Shown here piece after piece: positions 12,340 through 25,646 of a stretch of 64,000 nt of DNA (the stretch's first letter is position 1; every line of letters begins with the position of its first letter). Under the pieces are notes generated by a model. That model had not been told where the DNA came from. It searched no databases and saw nothing but the letters and a program-made list of their open reading frames with translations. Position numbers and translations under genes: made by a program. The stretch lies in NCBI RefSeq assembly GCF_902713615.1, contig NC_052155.1:77448269-77512268 (forward strand). Direction: 5' to 3'. The stretch is from Scyliorhinus canicula (taxonomy: Eukaryota).

Positions 12340-15300
12340 TGAATAGCCCCCTGATTCGGCTGGTCACATGGAATGTAAGGAGGCTGAATGGGCCGGACAA
12401 GCGGGCCCGGGTGGTTGCGCATTTGAAGGGGCTGGGGGCGGATGTGGCTATGCTCCAGGAGACGGATCAGATAAGGTTGAGAAAGGGGTGGGTTGGGCAA
12501 GTGTTCCATTCGGGGTTGGATGCGAAGAACTGGGGGGTGGCGATTTTGGTGGGGAAGAGTATGTTGTTTGTTGTGTCGAGTGTGGTGGCGGTTAGTTCTG
12601 GCAGATATGTGATGGTGAGTGGTAGGCTCCAGGGGAGTGGGTGGTGCTGGTTAATGCGTACGCCCCAAATTGGGACAATGCAGGCTTTATGCGGTGTATG
12701 CTGGGCCGGATTCCAGACCTTGAGACTTGATAATGGGAGGCGATTTCAATACAGTGCTGGACCCAGCACTAGATCGCTCCAGGTCCAGGACGGGTAAGAG
12801 ACCGGCGGCGGCCACAGTGCTGAGGGGGTTCATGGACCAGATGGGAGGGGTGGATCCTTGGAAGTTTATGAGGCCGAGGGGTAGGGAATTCTCATTCTTC
12901 TCCCATGTCCATATGGCTTACTCCCAGATTGACTTTTTTGTCTTTAGCAGGGCATTGATTCCGAGGGTGGTAGGGGCGGAGTATTCGGCGATAGCCACCT
13001 CGGATCACGCCCCGCATTGGGTGGACCTAGAGCTGGGGGAGGGGAGGGACCAACGCCCACTGTGGAGGTTAGAGGTGGGGCTGCTGTCGGACGAGGAGGT
13101 ATGCGGGCGGGTCCGGAGGTGCAACGAGGGGTATTTAGAAACTAATGATAATGGGGAGGTGCAGGTGGGGGTGGTCTGGGAGGCGCTGAGGGTGGTGGTT
13201 AGGGGGGAGCTGATTTCCATTAGGGCACATAGGGAGACGGGGGAGAAAAGGGAGAGGGAGAGGTTGGTGGAAGAAATGGTGAGGGTGGACAGGAGGTACG
13301 CGGAGGTCCCGGAAGAAGGGCTATTGAGGAAGCGTCGTAGTCTCCAAGCTGAGTTTGATTTATTGACCACCAGGAAAGCGGAGGAGCAGTGGAGGAAGGC
13401 GCAAGGGGTGGTTTACGAATACAGGGAGAAGGAGAGTCGGATGCTGGCCCACCAGCTCCGGAAGCAGGAAGCGGCAAGGGAGTTAGGGATGGAGGAGGGA
13501 GTCTGGTGTGGAGTGCAAGGGGCATTAACGGAGTGTTTAGGACCTTCTATGAGGAGTTATACCGGTCAGTGCCCCCTGGGGAGGAGTGGGAAATGGACCA
13601 CATTTTGGACAAGCTAGAGTTCCGGAGAGTAGGGGAGGAGCAGGTGGAGGGTCTGGGGGCGCCAGTTGAGCTGGAGGAGCTGGTCAATGCGATGGGGAGT
13701 ATGCAGTCAGGGAAGGCACCGGGGCCCGATGGGTTCCCGGTGGAATTTTATAAGAAGTTTTCAGACCTGCTGGGCCCGCTGCTAGTGAGGACCTTGAATG
13801 AGGCAAGGGAAGGGGGGGCTTTGCCCCCGACGATGTCCAGGGTGTTAATTTCATTGATTCTGAAGCGGGATAAGGACCCCCTTCAGTGTGGGTCTTACAG
13901 GCCGATTTCGATTTCAATGTGGACGCGAAACTGCTGGCCAAGATATTGGCCAGGAGGGTGGAGGATGTGGTGCCGCAGGTTATTCACGCGGATCAAACGG
14001 GTTTTGTGAAGGGGAGGCAGTTGAACGTTAATGTGCGGCGGCTTTTCAATGTCATAATAATGCCGGCGGTGGACGGGGAGGCGGAGATAGTGGCGTCGAT
14101 GGATGCAGAAAAGGCCTTTGACAGGGTGGAGTGGAGATACCTTTGGGAGGTTTTGAGGAGGTTCAGGTTTGGTGAGGGATTTATTAGGTGGGTGAGGTTA
14201 TTGTATGATGCCCCGGTGGCGAGTGTGGTGACGAAGGGGAGGAGGTCGGAGAACTTTTGGTTGTACCGGGGGACGAGGCAGGGGTGCCCCCTGTCTCCCC
14301 TGCTGTTTGTGTTGGCGATCGAACCCCTGGCCATGGCGCTGAGGGAATCGAGGAACTGGAGGGGGATAGTGCAGGGGGGGGGGGAGAGAGGAGCATCGGC
14401 TGTCGTTGTACGCGGACGATTTATTGTTGTATGTTGCAGATCCGGCGGGGGGGATGCCGGAGGTAATGAGGATTCTTGGGGAGTTCGGGGACTTCTCTGG
14501 GGTATAAGCTCAATGTGGGGAAGAGTGAGCTGTTCGTGGTGCATATGGGGGACCAGGAGAGAGAGATAGGGGAGCTTCCGCTGAAAAGGGCAGAGAGGAG
14601 CTTCAGAAACCTGGGGGTCCAGATAGCCAGGAGCTGGGGGGCCCTGCATAGGCTAAACTTTACAAAGCTGGTGGAGCAGATGGAGGAGGAGTTCAGGAGA
14701 TGGGATGTGTTGCCACTCTCCCTAGCGGGCAGGGTCCAGTTGGTTAAAATGATGGTGCTCCCGAGGTCTCTGTTTCTCTTCCAGTGTCTACCCATCATGA
14801 TCCCAAAGGCTTTTTTTTTAGGAGGGTCAGTAGGAGTATCACGGGGTTTGTGTGGGTGCAGAAGACCCCAAGGATGAGGAGGGTATTCTTGGAGCGGGGG
14901 AGGGAAGTGGGCGGGTTGGCGTTGCCCAACCTGTGTGGGTACTACTGGGCTGCGAATGTGGCAATGATACGTAGGTGGGTGATGGAGGGGGAGGGGGCAG
15001 CATGGAAGAGGTTGGAGGCGGCGTCCTGTGTGGGCACGAGCCTAGAGGCGCTGGTGACGGCGCCGTTGCCGCTCCCCCCAGCAAGGTATTCTACGAGTCC
15101 GGTAGTGGTGGCTACCCTCAAAATCTGGGGGCAGTGGAGGCGGCATAGGGGGGAGGTGAAGGCTTCAGTTTTCTCCCCGATACGGGGGAACCACCGGTTT
15201 GTACCAGGGAGGATGGACGTAGGGTTTTTGAGCTGGCACAGGGCGGGTATCAGGCGGCTCGGGGTCCTCTTTCTCGATGGGAAGTTTGCGACCTTAGAGG

Positions 15301-16211
15301 AGTTGGAGGGGAGGTGGGGTCTCCCCCCCAGGGAATACCTTCAGGTATATGCAGATTAGGGCATTTGTTAGGCGGCAGGTGGCGGAGTTTCCACTGTTGC
15401 CGCCAAGGGGGGTTCAGGGCAGGGTGCTTTCGGGGACGTGGGTTGGCGAGGGGAGGATCTCGGCAATCTACCAACTGATGCAGGAGGGGGAGGGGACGTG
15501 GGCGGATGCCCTGGGGAGGGTGAATTCCTCCTCCTCTTGCGCACGGCTTAGTTTAATCCAATTAAAGGTGCTGCATAGGGTGCATATGACGGGGACCAGG
15601 CTGAGCCGGTTCTTTGGGGGAGAAGACAGGTGCGGCAGGTGTTCGGGGAGCCCAGCAAACCACACCCACATGTTCTGGGTGTGTCCTGCGTTGGAGGGGT
15701 GTTGTGCGGACCCTGTCAGGGGTGGTTGGCTCCAGGGTGGAGCCAGGCTGGGGGTTCGCAATTTTCGGGGTAGCATCGAAGCCGGGAGTACAAGAGGTGA
15801 AAGAGGCCGGGATCCTGGCCTTTGTGTCCCTGGTAGCCCGGCGCAGGATTCTTTTACAGTGGAAGGATGCGAAACCCCCGAGCGCGGAATCCTGGATCAA
15901 CGACATGGCTGGGTTCATCAAACTGGAGAGGGTCAAGTTTGCCCTAAAGGGGTCGGTGCAAGGGTTCTTCCGGCAGTGGCAGCCATTTCTCGACTTCCTG
16001 GCGGAGCATTAGAGGGTGGTCAACTTCAGCAGGAACACGGGGGGGGGGGGGGTTACTTGTTTGTTATGGGGGATGGGGGTGTGGTTTCATGGCTCCATAT
16101 GTTGGTTATTTTTGTTAATTTATTGCTTTTGTATTGGGGGGGTTACTGTTTCTCTTTGTTGTGTTGGTTAAAATTTGTTGAAAATTTGAATAAAAATTAC
16201 TTTAAAAAAAA
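10766..16211 (+). mobile_element. Full-length L1-clade LINE, inactivated by stops and frameshifts
   Basis: 18-bp TSD aacatttgttgaagctgg (10748-10765 and 16212-16229). ORF1 ~10860-11758 (ENRSRRKNLRILGLPEG, IYQDWSAEV). ORF2 ~12340-16010 with APE (TWNVRRLN, SDHAP), RT (DAEKAFDRVEW, QGCPLSP, YADD) and C-terminal CCHC (CGRC...HMFWVC). aataaa plus A-tail. Confidence 0.96.
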
Positions 16212-16334
16212 AACATTTGTTGAAGCTGGTTAGTTGGTGGCGCAATTTTCAGGTTTTTGCTGACAGGAAAGTAGGAAAGACCTATCCCTTGAACAGTTGT
16301 TGTTGCAGCTCCATTTGCTCTGTAACATGAGCAG

Positions 16335-16560
16335 GACATGGGAAGGATGAGGCAGAGAGAGAAAGCTCTATGAGCAGGAAGAAGGAAGGCTTTCGATAGA
16401 ATTTCATGCCCACAAACGGTGTGCAGGGAGCATAACTGCTACATAACATTGAGCCAACAGCAGGGCCTCAGCGAGTTATGAATCACAAAGGAGGTTTTCA
16501 TAGAGTTGTACCACCTCCTTCGCACTGACCAGAAGCCTCAAACCAGTTTTCCTACTGGCA
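16335..16560 (+). mobile_element. Harbinger (HARBI1-like) transposase relic, N-terminal part
   Basis: Degenerate translation resembles ...VCREH.CYITLSQQQ.L..L.ITKEVFIELYHLL..D.KPQT, similar to Harbinger transposase N-termini. Confidence 0.45.
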
Positions 16561-17479
16561 TGAATGTCACTACTTGCCTTACAGTCCCTGACATTGGCGT
16601 ATTACTTGGCCACTGAAGGACCTCAGTTGGTCCACAGATAAGGAGGACGCCTGATGCCTCCCCCACATTCCCCTATGCTGGTGAAATTGCAGCCGAGTGG
16701 GTGAGGAAGAGTAGGCAGTGGGAATACCTTCACTAGCATGATGCACAATTTTATGCCCCCTCCCCCACCTGCCATTCCACTCTTGGAAAGTGTAAAATTT
16801 GGGCCATGAAGATGAATATTTGGGCCCATCAATGCTTGGGAACAGAGATGGGGAATGGGAGTGGATTGTTGAAAACCAATATTGGCCAGCATGTCACTTT
16901 TAGGATTGCATTCCCAGCACCTGGACTGTTAACTTGGATGGGGGTAGAACAAGATAGTGATCCCCGCTCTGCTTTCTATTGAGGACAATGAAAATATTTA
17001 AAAGTTTGTTAGGAATTTTTTTGGGGGGAGGGTTGCCATGAGAAAGTGGAATTTTGAAGGGACACACAAGTTTCAGGAGGCTTTTGTTCCATATCTGAAG
17101 GGTGTTAAATTTAGAGTGAGGAGCCAGTCACGGTTGCCCATGGACATTAGAGTTAACTCTTAGCCGGAACATGTTTTAAAAAGCTTTTAATTCAACAACA
17201 GTCAGAATTGTCACTTTAAAATGCACTGTGAACAGGTCAACACCGAGTCAACGCCTGAACATCTGGCAGCCAAACACGCTCCGATCAATAAATAAATAAT
17301 AAATCATCGACAGTTAAAAGACCGAGGAAATGCCAGGAAACAGTGGTTTCAGGACCAAAAAATATTTTGATACGTCGGGGAAGATTCAGAAATGTTGATC
17401 CAGGTAGTCACTGTTAAATATTTAAAATACAGAAATCATGACTGCTATAGCAATGTGAGCCTGCCAAAACCAGCAAGTA

Positions 17480-19576
17480 TGGGAAACCTCATTCAGAAGA
17501 AGCTTACTGCAATGCCATCTTGGATTTTCTTACAGCATTTAAAACTGTACACACTTTTAATTTTAAACAACTATGGATCAAAAGTCTACCTTACCAGACC
17601 ACTTTTAACTTAACCAAAGCTAGTCGAAAAAAAATTGATGCTTTGGATTCCTTAGATACATGATTGCTTCAAGTCGAGACAAATGACATAAGCTGAACAG
17701 GTTAACACGCTGCTTTACTTTGTAGACCCAATAGTTGAAGATGTAATAGCTAGCCAAGGAATCAATGAACCCTCAATAAAATTTGACAAGGTTTTGAAAA
17801 CACTTGAAACTGCTGTCTGAGCAGTAACAGGACCCTTGAAAGAACAAAGTTTAACAAACGGGTCCAACAGTCAGGAGAGCTTGTTGACTACTTCATTAAC
17901 AAGCTGTACAGAATGGCTGTAACCATGGCGATGGTGGCCTGAAATCAGAGTTAATCAGCAACACAATTGTTGTTGGGGTGTCAGATGGTGCACTGTCAGA
18001 CATACTTTAAGCTAAGGAAGATTTGACCATTGAAAAGCCCATTCAAATTGACAGGAAATCAAAATCTGTTTACAGCACAGATCCATCTTAAGGGACGAAA
18101 GAAAGCCACGGTACAGAGCAACCTTCACTGTGCAGCAAGGAAAACAGGAGAGAAACAGGGACCCTCCATGCCAAGGGAAGGAATACACTTACCAACCAGT
18201 AGAGGATGCGTGACCATGCCAGCACTGTGAAGCCAAGTGACACCACAGGCATGATTAATGTCCGGCAGTCTCAGCATAATGTTTTAATTGCAACCACAGA
18301 TGATGCTTTTGAAAGTTAGACATTGCTAAAACAACCAAACACACAGAGGATCCCAAGATAATTCAGGAGGCCAAGGTACCACACCAAGCGGAGACACAAT
18401 GATGCTTCATGGGTGAGGTCAAAGATCATGGATTTTCATTTGTGAACAGAGGCACCTCGGTTAATGGTTATCTGATCATCTCACAAATTAAGTTAGATGT
18501 GGGAGCCAGTGTTACGATCCTCTTGGACAAGGAACCATGGCTGGTGACTCAATTGCTGATTCCACCCACAGCTCAGCTGTATGAAGCTGGTAGCATCAAA
18601 CCCCTGGTGAAAGGCGATCTGCAGGTGACACTCAGGTACAAAGACAAAAATACAAGAGACCTTGTTCACCGTCCACAACCAAGAAGGCTCCCCTTTCAGC
18701 TGAAATGCCTGTTCCGACCTCAACCTCGTCCAGAAAATTGACAAGGGCATCCAGCAAGAACCTGGTTCAAAATTTACAAATGAATACCCTAAACTCTTTA
18801 TCACATTGGGGATACTGAGGACCACATACAGGAAAACAGTGAGGAGGTATGATAAGCCCATGTGCCTGTTCACACGATGGAAAATATTCCATCCACTCAT
18901 TAAGCAAGTGCAGCAACAACTGGACAAGATGATCAAAGTGGGTGTCATCTCTCTCCCAGCCAACCCAGTGGTGTTCCAGGTTGGACCCGGTCCAAAACAG
19001 AATAGGTCCATCCCTATCTGCATTAATTTGACACAGCTCAATAAGTCCATGGAGAGGGAACTCTACCTGATGTCCTTGGTGGATGACAGCTTGGCCAAAC
19101 TCTAAAAGTACAGTGTTTTCAAAACTTAATGCTAATAAAACTTTTGTCAATTTGCACTGACAGAAATTTCAAATTGTTTACCATATATATCACTCCCTTT
19201 GGCAGATTCTGCTTCAACCATTTACTGTTCAGAATATCTCTTCATTGGAAATCTTTCAACGCACGATGTTGGACATTTTGAAAGGCCTAAAGAATGTCAT
19301 CGGCCATGATGTCTCGGTCCATGTCACAACAGCAGAAGGTGATGTGGGGTTCAATACAATACCACCCACACTGTGATGTAAAGGAACACATGACCTGAGT
19401 CTTGGGAGCAGCCTTAGACTGGACAGAGGCCTGTGTAGAGTAAAGCATGGAGACAGTTCCTGGATTGGACCTTTAGTGCATATTTTGAGTGGTTAATAAA
19501 CTCTTATTAACTAAAATTTTAAACTATTCAAAACTAGTTTTTTTGTGAGACCTACAAACTGCCGCATCCTGCAACA
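17480..19576 (+). mobile_element. Decayed Gypsy (Mag/K02A2.6-like): gag-PR-partial RT joined by deletion to a putative 3' LTR (19343-19576)
   Basis: Gag remnants (EQVNTLLY, two CCHC relics near 18215-18310), protease KLDVGASVT, RT ICINLTQLNK...ITPFGRFCFN; tg...aataaa...ca LTR-like end. Confidence 0.7.
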
Positions 19577-19799
19577 GCTAATAAGGTCAATGCAGCAAAT
19601 GGGTATTTGGAATTTGGTAAGGAAGTGTGCTTGGCACTGTCCAGGTGTTAGGATGAGAGAAAATACAGACCTCAGGCATTGAATTAGGTGTCCTCCCCTC
19701 CATTGCAGAGAGGCAAAGCTACTAAGACAACTGTGTGCTCAGGTTTCTCCTTCATCCTCTGCCAATCAACATTTTCTCCGATCTTCTGTCTAACCCGTG

Positions 19800-20050
19800 T
19801 GTGAATGGATCCTTGGGGACAAGGAATATCTCTTGACGGCATGGCAATTCTCCCCTCTCAGGGAACCCAGAAAGACACAGCCAATGCCACCTACTCACTA
19901 GAACAACATTGAGAAGGCCATTGGGTTCTGAAGATGCAATCCAATGCCTGGCTCAGTTGGGCGGTTCCCTCTAAAACCCTTCTGGAAGGGTCTCAATCAC
20001 AGTGGAGGCCTCCGATGTTCTCTCTAACTTGGTCCTATATAGCAGTGTGG
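19800..20050 (+). mobile_element. Harbinger transposase relic, DDE C-terminal part
   Basis: LGDKEYLL..W...PLREP...TRTTIEKAIG.LKM...CL..LGGSL...RVSITV pattern of HARBI1-like nucleases. Confidence 0.6.
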
Positions 20051-20700
20051 ACCTGAAGCAGAGTGAGGACCAGGAAGGAGACAATTCATCGGGGAAGGAG
20101 CAGGAGGTGAGAAAAGAGGAGGAATTAGAGATATAACAAAGAGGTGGGTGCCCCTGCTGCAGGGTGAGGTGACCACCGCCCACCACCCTCCAGGAAGTGA
20201 GAACCTTTTTAGCCTTTTTATTCCCAACATTAGATCCAGGTCAGCATCGATGTACTGAGAGCAGTCCGGCTCCTAGTGCCTGGCCTCCAGCTCTCCTGTG
20301 ACATCTCACTTCCTGCTGGTGCTATGGAAGACCATGGCACAAACCACAGATTTCTCCATTAGGACTGCCAGCAGCCTCAGTGATGATTGCCATGGGAAGT
20401 CTAAATCAGTTCCAAAGTTCATCTGGCCCACCTCTGCTTCCATTCCCACTGGCTCTAAATTGGGCAGGGAACCCACCTTATCAATTAAGCACTCACCACT
20501 GTGGAAAAACTTAACTTTAATCAGTTGCCCATCAAAACTGGATTTTTGACCCAAAAATAAACCAGGTATGGACTCGATGGGCTGAATAGTCATAATGACT
20601 CTATGATTGTATTGCTCCTGTTTCCTGCTTCCGTGGTGAAAATTCCTTCATGGCCTCTCTCTCCTGGCCTCTCTCCATTTATGACAATTTCATCATGGAT

Positions 20701-20826
20701 AAAATTACTGCGGATGCTGGAACCTGAAACAAAAACAGAAAATACTGGACAATCTCAGCAGGTCTGACAGCATCTATGGTGAGAGAAGGGAGCTAATGTT
20801 TTGAGTCTGGGTGACTCTTTGTCAAC
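20701..20826 (-). mobile_element. Penelope-like 3' terminal fragment with degenerate hammerhead motif
   Basis: Reverse complement aligns with 63825-63950. Confidence 0.75.
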
Positions 20827-21182
20827 GCTTCAACTTGGATGACTTCGCTAAAGCAGAAAAACCTTACCACAGCGTGGTGCGACAACCTCTTTGACCTTGT
20901 GTGTTCAAAAATAATGACCCAGAAGTCATCGCTGCCGCTTCTCTTTTACTTGGTCTGTGCCTTAAACAAGGGGAGGCTGCATGGAGCACATGGTTAGTTC
21001 AGAAAGCTAGTCAGCCCTCTGTGGGATGCAGGGGACATTGGCAGCACTACAGAGAACAGGTCAGTGTGGGGTTATTCAATAAGAACAGAAAATTGTCTAA
21101 CCTGTATCAAAGGGGAACATGGAAATTACTGACTAGCTTGTTATCGAGGACATACTGCTCCACAATCTGTACACTTCTTTCA

Positions 21183-21498
21183 CAGAATCATAGTCATAGA
21201 ATTTACAGTGCAGAAGGAGGCCATTCGGCCCATCGTGTCTGCACCGGCTCTTGGAAAGAGTACCCTACTTAAGCCCACACCTCCACCCTATCCCCGTAAC
21301 CCAGTAACCCCACCTAACCTAAGGGCAATTTAGCTTGGCCAACCCACCTAACCTGCACATGTTTGGACTATGGGAGGAAATAGGAGCACCCGGAGGAAAC
21401 CTACGGAGACACAGGGAGAATGTGCAGACTCCGCGCAGACAGTGACCCAAGTTGGGAATCGAACCTGGGACCTTGGAACTGTGAAGCAACAGTGCTAA
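21183..21498 (-). mobile_element. V-SINE with second CR1-type tail
   Basis: V-domain and B-box on minus strand; tail ...ccttctgcactgtaaattctatgactatgattct. Confidence 0.85.
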
Positions 21499-22414
21499 CC
21501 TTTCTGCAGCACCGTTTGATGCTGGGTGGTGGATGGGCTGTTTGACTCCATTCTTACTCCGAAATGTTTCAAGCTCTCCTGATGTTAACTGAAACCATGA
21601 TTTGACACCAACACTTCTGCAAATCATTCAACATTTGTCCACTTTATAGCTATCGACCAAAACAAGATTCTCTTTTCCTTCAACTTGTTCTCTTTCCTAC
21701 AGTTTTCTTGTGTTTGACCACAGAATGAAAGGAGCTCTGGGTGCATCATTTGCCATTCGGGAGACACACCTCACGATTCTTTGCTAATTCTTCAATTCAT
21801 TTATTTACCTTTGCATACCAAAAATAGCTACTTTGTACTGCTTTCATAAGGACTATGTCTGTGTGCACTTGATGGAGTTCCTCTAACAATCTCTCTCTAA
21901 ACCATGGTGGAATAAAGACTTTTAAACCACATTGGAGACAGGCTGGATCTATATTCAGTTAATTTCTGTCTGCAAATATCCCTGCAATTTCTCATCATCA
22001 CACTCTTCAGGCCAGGTATTCATGACATAATTGAGCACTTTACTAAGCATCACATCCTTATGAGTTTCTGGACTAATTTCTCTGGGAGACACTAGCCTGT
22101 CACTTGTGTATGTCGTGATTCACTGGTAATGCAGCAGCTAAAAATGAATTGGATTCATCAGAAATCTTGAAGTAATATCTGCATTTGTATGATCGGCTCA
22201 CATATGGCATTGAATCGCACACTGATCGGCCATCACAATAAATGCCCATCTCTGAAGCCATGTTGCCACGAGAGGTGGTACTTCCTTCTTAGAACTAAAT
22301 TATGATCATACAGACTTGGTGCTCATTAACAAAGTGAGCGGCTTACTGTACAAGTATTGTAGAACTTAGCAGCACCATTTATGATTGATAATGCCTCTTT
22401 CTCAGCTGGTGAGT

Positions 22415-22640
22415 TTAAAAAAAAATTTTTTAGAGTACCCAATTTTTCAGTTTCCAATAAAGGGGCAATTTATTGCGGCCAATCCAGCTACCCTGCACAT
22501 CTTTGGGTTAGGGGTGTGAGACCCATGCAGACACGGGGAGAATGAGTAAACTCCACACGGACAGTGACCCGGGGCCGGGGTACAACCCGGGTCCTCGGCG
22601 CCATGAGGCAGCAGTGCTAATCATTGCGCCACCGTGCCCC
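22415..22640 (-). mobile_element. Short V-SINE with poly(A) tail
   Basis: Same subfamily as 6100-6330; flanking duplication ctggtgagtt. Confidence 0.85.
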
Positions 22641-22861
22641 CTAACTGGTGAGTTATTTTGCTCTGATTTTGTTAAAATACATGAAGGATATGCTACATGC
22701 TTCTCCACACTACCTTCCATAATGTGGTGAGGCATTTCATGCTAAAACCAATTGTTTCTTGGGATCATAGTCGATCAAAACTGTTCTTCACTTCAAATGC
22801 TTTCTGACACTCTACAGACCGTTTACACATCTGCAGTACTGTGGATATAGTATTATTAAAT

Positions 22862-23375
22862 GAAGGATGTAAATGCATTTGGAGAAGTTCCGAGAAGGTT
22901 TACCAGACAAATGCTGGAATCAGAGGGTTGTCTTATGAGGCAAGGTTGGACAGGTTAGGCTTGTACCTCTGGAGTTTAGAAGAGTAAGTGGAGACTGGAT
23001 TGATATAAGATCCCAAGGGTTCTTGACAGGGCGGATGTGGGGAGGATGTTTCTTCTTGTGAGAAAATCTAGGTCGAGGGGTTACTGTTTAAAAATAAGGG
23101 TCCGGCCATTATAAACAGAGAGAAGGCAAAATTATTTCTCGCAGAGGGCCGTGTTTCTTTGGAACACTCTTCATCAAACAGCGGTGGAAGCAGAGTCTTA
23201 AAATATTTTTCAGGCAGAGTGGATAGGTTCTTGGCCAGTAAAGAGGTGAAAGATTATCAGGAGTAGGCAGGATTCAGATTTTTGGTTACAATCAGATCAG
23301 CCATGATCTTATTAAATGGCAGAGCAGGCTCAGAGGGTCGAATGCTACAGTTGTTCCTTGTTCATATGTTCGTAT
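22862..23375 (+). mobile_element. CR1 LINE 3' fragment
   Basis: End of ORF2 (RRFTR...GLSYEARLDRLGLY.LEFRRV.GD) plus CR1 3' UTR ending catatgttcgtat. Confidence 0.8.
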
Positions 23376-23458
23376 CTATTTGAACTTTGAGCAGTAGAAA
23401 TAGTGGACCAAATGTAATCGCTCAGTCGGGGATGAACTTTGAATAATATAGATCATTT

Positions 23459-23690
23459 CATAGAAACATAGAACTTACAGTGCAGAAGGAGGCCATTCTG
23501 CCCATTGAGTCTGCACCGGCCCTTGGAAAGACCACCCCACCTCAACCCAGTAACCCCACCCAACCTTTTTGGACACTAAGGGCAATTTAGCATGGCCAGT
23601 CCACCTAACCTGCACATCTTTGGACTGTGGAAGGAAACCGGAGCATTCGGATGAAACCCACGCAGACTCAGGGAGAACGCGGGACATACA
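23459..23690 (-). mobile_element. 5'-truncated V-SINE with CR1-type tail, abutting a MITE fragment (~23690-23865)
   Basis: Tail catagaacttacagtgcagaaggaggcc and V-domain; MITE end ggtgaatcccggc. Confidence 0.75.
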
Positions 23691-24324
23691 CCGGCCGTGT
23701 AGGGCTAGCTTTCGGCGTTGGAGCAGTGCACAACACTCTGGCGCCATTCTAGCCCCCGAAGACGAGGAGAATTACTGGGCCCGGAGGTCCGTTAACGCCG
23801 GTGTCGCTCACGCCGGTTTTGACGCCGGCGTCAACACTTGGCTGCGATATTGGTGAATCCCGGCTATTATCTTTGATGCCTATTCCTGAAGTCAACCGAG
23901 GCGTTCAACCTTGCAATATGTTCTTTCTCTGGCTGGGATTTTCTGGGCCCCCTGCAGCAGATTTTCCGGGGCAGATGTGGCTTACCATTGGCCACCAGCA
24001 GGTTCTCATTCGGTATTCTAAAAGAATTGGGGACTTGGCCGTAATCCTAACACGTTGTTCTTGCTCTCTGACCGAGTACAACCCTGGATCTTTCCTTAAA
24101 CTAACTTCCTGTATGTGCCCTGCTGACAAGACCAACATTTATTGCCCACCCCTCATTGCCCTCGAGAAGGTGGCGGTGAGTGGTCTTGAGCCCCTGCAGT
24201 CCCTATGATGTACGAACACCCAGTTTTGTTAGGAAGGGAATTCTCGGATTTTGACCCCGCGACAGTGAAGGAAGATATATTCCCAAGTCAGGATGGTGAG
24301 TGGCCTGGAGTGGAAATTCCAGGT

Positions 24325-24500
24325 GGCAGGGTTCCCCACTGGGCTAAATCACTGGCTTTTAAAGCAGGCCGAGGCAGGCCAGCAGCATGTTTCGATTCCC
24401 GTACCAGCCTCCCCGAACAGGCGCTGAATGTGGCGACTAGGGGCTTTTCACAGTAACTTCATTGAAGCCTACGCGTGACAATAAGCGATTTTCATTCATT
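24325..24500 (+). mobile_element. Short tRNA-SINE lacking the V-domain, sharing the tail of 2573-2857
   Basis: gtttcgattccc B-box immediately followed by aacaggcgctgaatgtggcgactaggggcttttcacagtaacttcatt. Confidence 0.7.
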
Positions 24501-24872
24501 TCCTACATACCTGCTGCCCTTGCCCTTCTAGATGATAGAGGTCATGGGTTTGGAAGGTGCTGCCTAAGGAGCCTTGGTGAGTTTCTGCACTGCAACTTGT
24601 AAATGGTACACATGGCTGCCATTGTGCAGCGGTGGAAGAGAGCAGCCAATCAAGTGGGCTGCTTTGTCCGGGATGGTGTCGAGCTTCTTGAGTGTGGGTG
24701 GAGCAGCACTCATCCAGGCAAGTGGAGAGTATCATATCACAGTCCTGACTTGTGCCTTATGGCTGGTGGACAGGCTTTGGGGAGTTACACACCACAGGAC
24801 TCCTAGCCTCTGATCTGCTCTTGTAGCCACAGTATTTATATGGCTAGTCCAATCCAGTTTCTGGTCAATGGT

Positions 24873-25158
24873 TGATGCGACCGTCAATTCACACGAAACC
24901 TGGAGTAGATGTAAACTGTGGCTTTAATCAACTAGAACAGTGCCTGCCTGCGACTGATCTGTTAGTGGGAGCCGCCTACAGGGTGACTGCTCTTTATACC
25001 TCCCCTCAAGGGGTGGAGCCAGGGCCGGAGCCCACACAGGCCCCAGCATGCTACATTATAGGTAATACCATACAATGGTCCATAAGTGGAGCCCACATGG
25101 GCAACAGCGTAATACTGATAAGCACATGGTGAATTGTTACAGCAATACATTCACCACA
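24873..25158 (-). mobile_element. Solo LTR
   Basis: TG...CA ends; 5-bp TSD atggt/ttggt; TATA (tataaa) and attaaa on the minus strand. Confidence 0.75.
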
Positions 25159-25646
25159 TTGGTAACCACATTGATGTTTATAATGGGGGATTCAGCGATG
25201 GTAATGGCATTGAATACCAAGGGATGGTGGTTAGATTCTCTCCTGTTGAAGGTGGTCATTGCCTGGCACTTGTGTGATGTAGAATGTAACTTGCCACTTA
25301 CCACCCCAAGCCAGGATATTGTCCAGGTCTTGTTGCATTTGTCCATGGACTGCTCCATATCTGAGGAGTCGTGAATGGTGCTGAACATTGTGTAATCATC
25401 AGCAAACATCCCCACTTCTGACCATATGATGGCGGAAAGATCATTGATGAAGTAGCTGAAAATGATTAGGCCTTGGACACAACCCTGAGGAACTTCTTCC
25501 CGCTTGAAAACATCAACTCTGTTTCCACGTTCAATTTATGCTCATTTGAGGATTTCCAGGCTCCTGGACTGGCTGTAGATTTACCACAGCCTCAACCTGG
25601 TGCATGACTGTGACCTGGTGCTTTATAGTGACCTGGAGTACGACTG

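Larger units (their letters stand above)
20830..22825 (-). mobile_element. Highly decayed Gypsy pol (RNase H + integrase), interrupted by two SINEs
   Basis: Minus-strand relics YDPKKQLVLA, AYPSCILTKSEQN...EKEALSII, LQRWA, LLEELHQVH...MKAV.SSYFWY, HHPASNGAAER. Confidence 0.75.
24110..25490 (-). mobile_element. CR1/L2-clade LINE 3' portion, interrupted by a short SINE and a solo LTR
   Basis: Minus-strand RT motifs QG.V.GL.IFSYFINDL and GMFADDYTMF. Confidence 0.75.
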
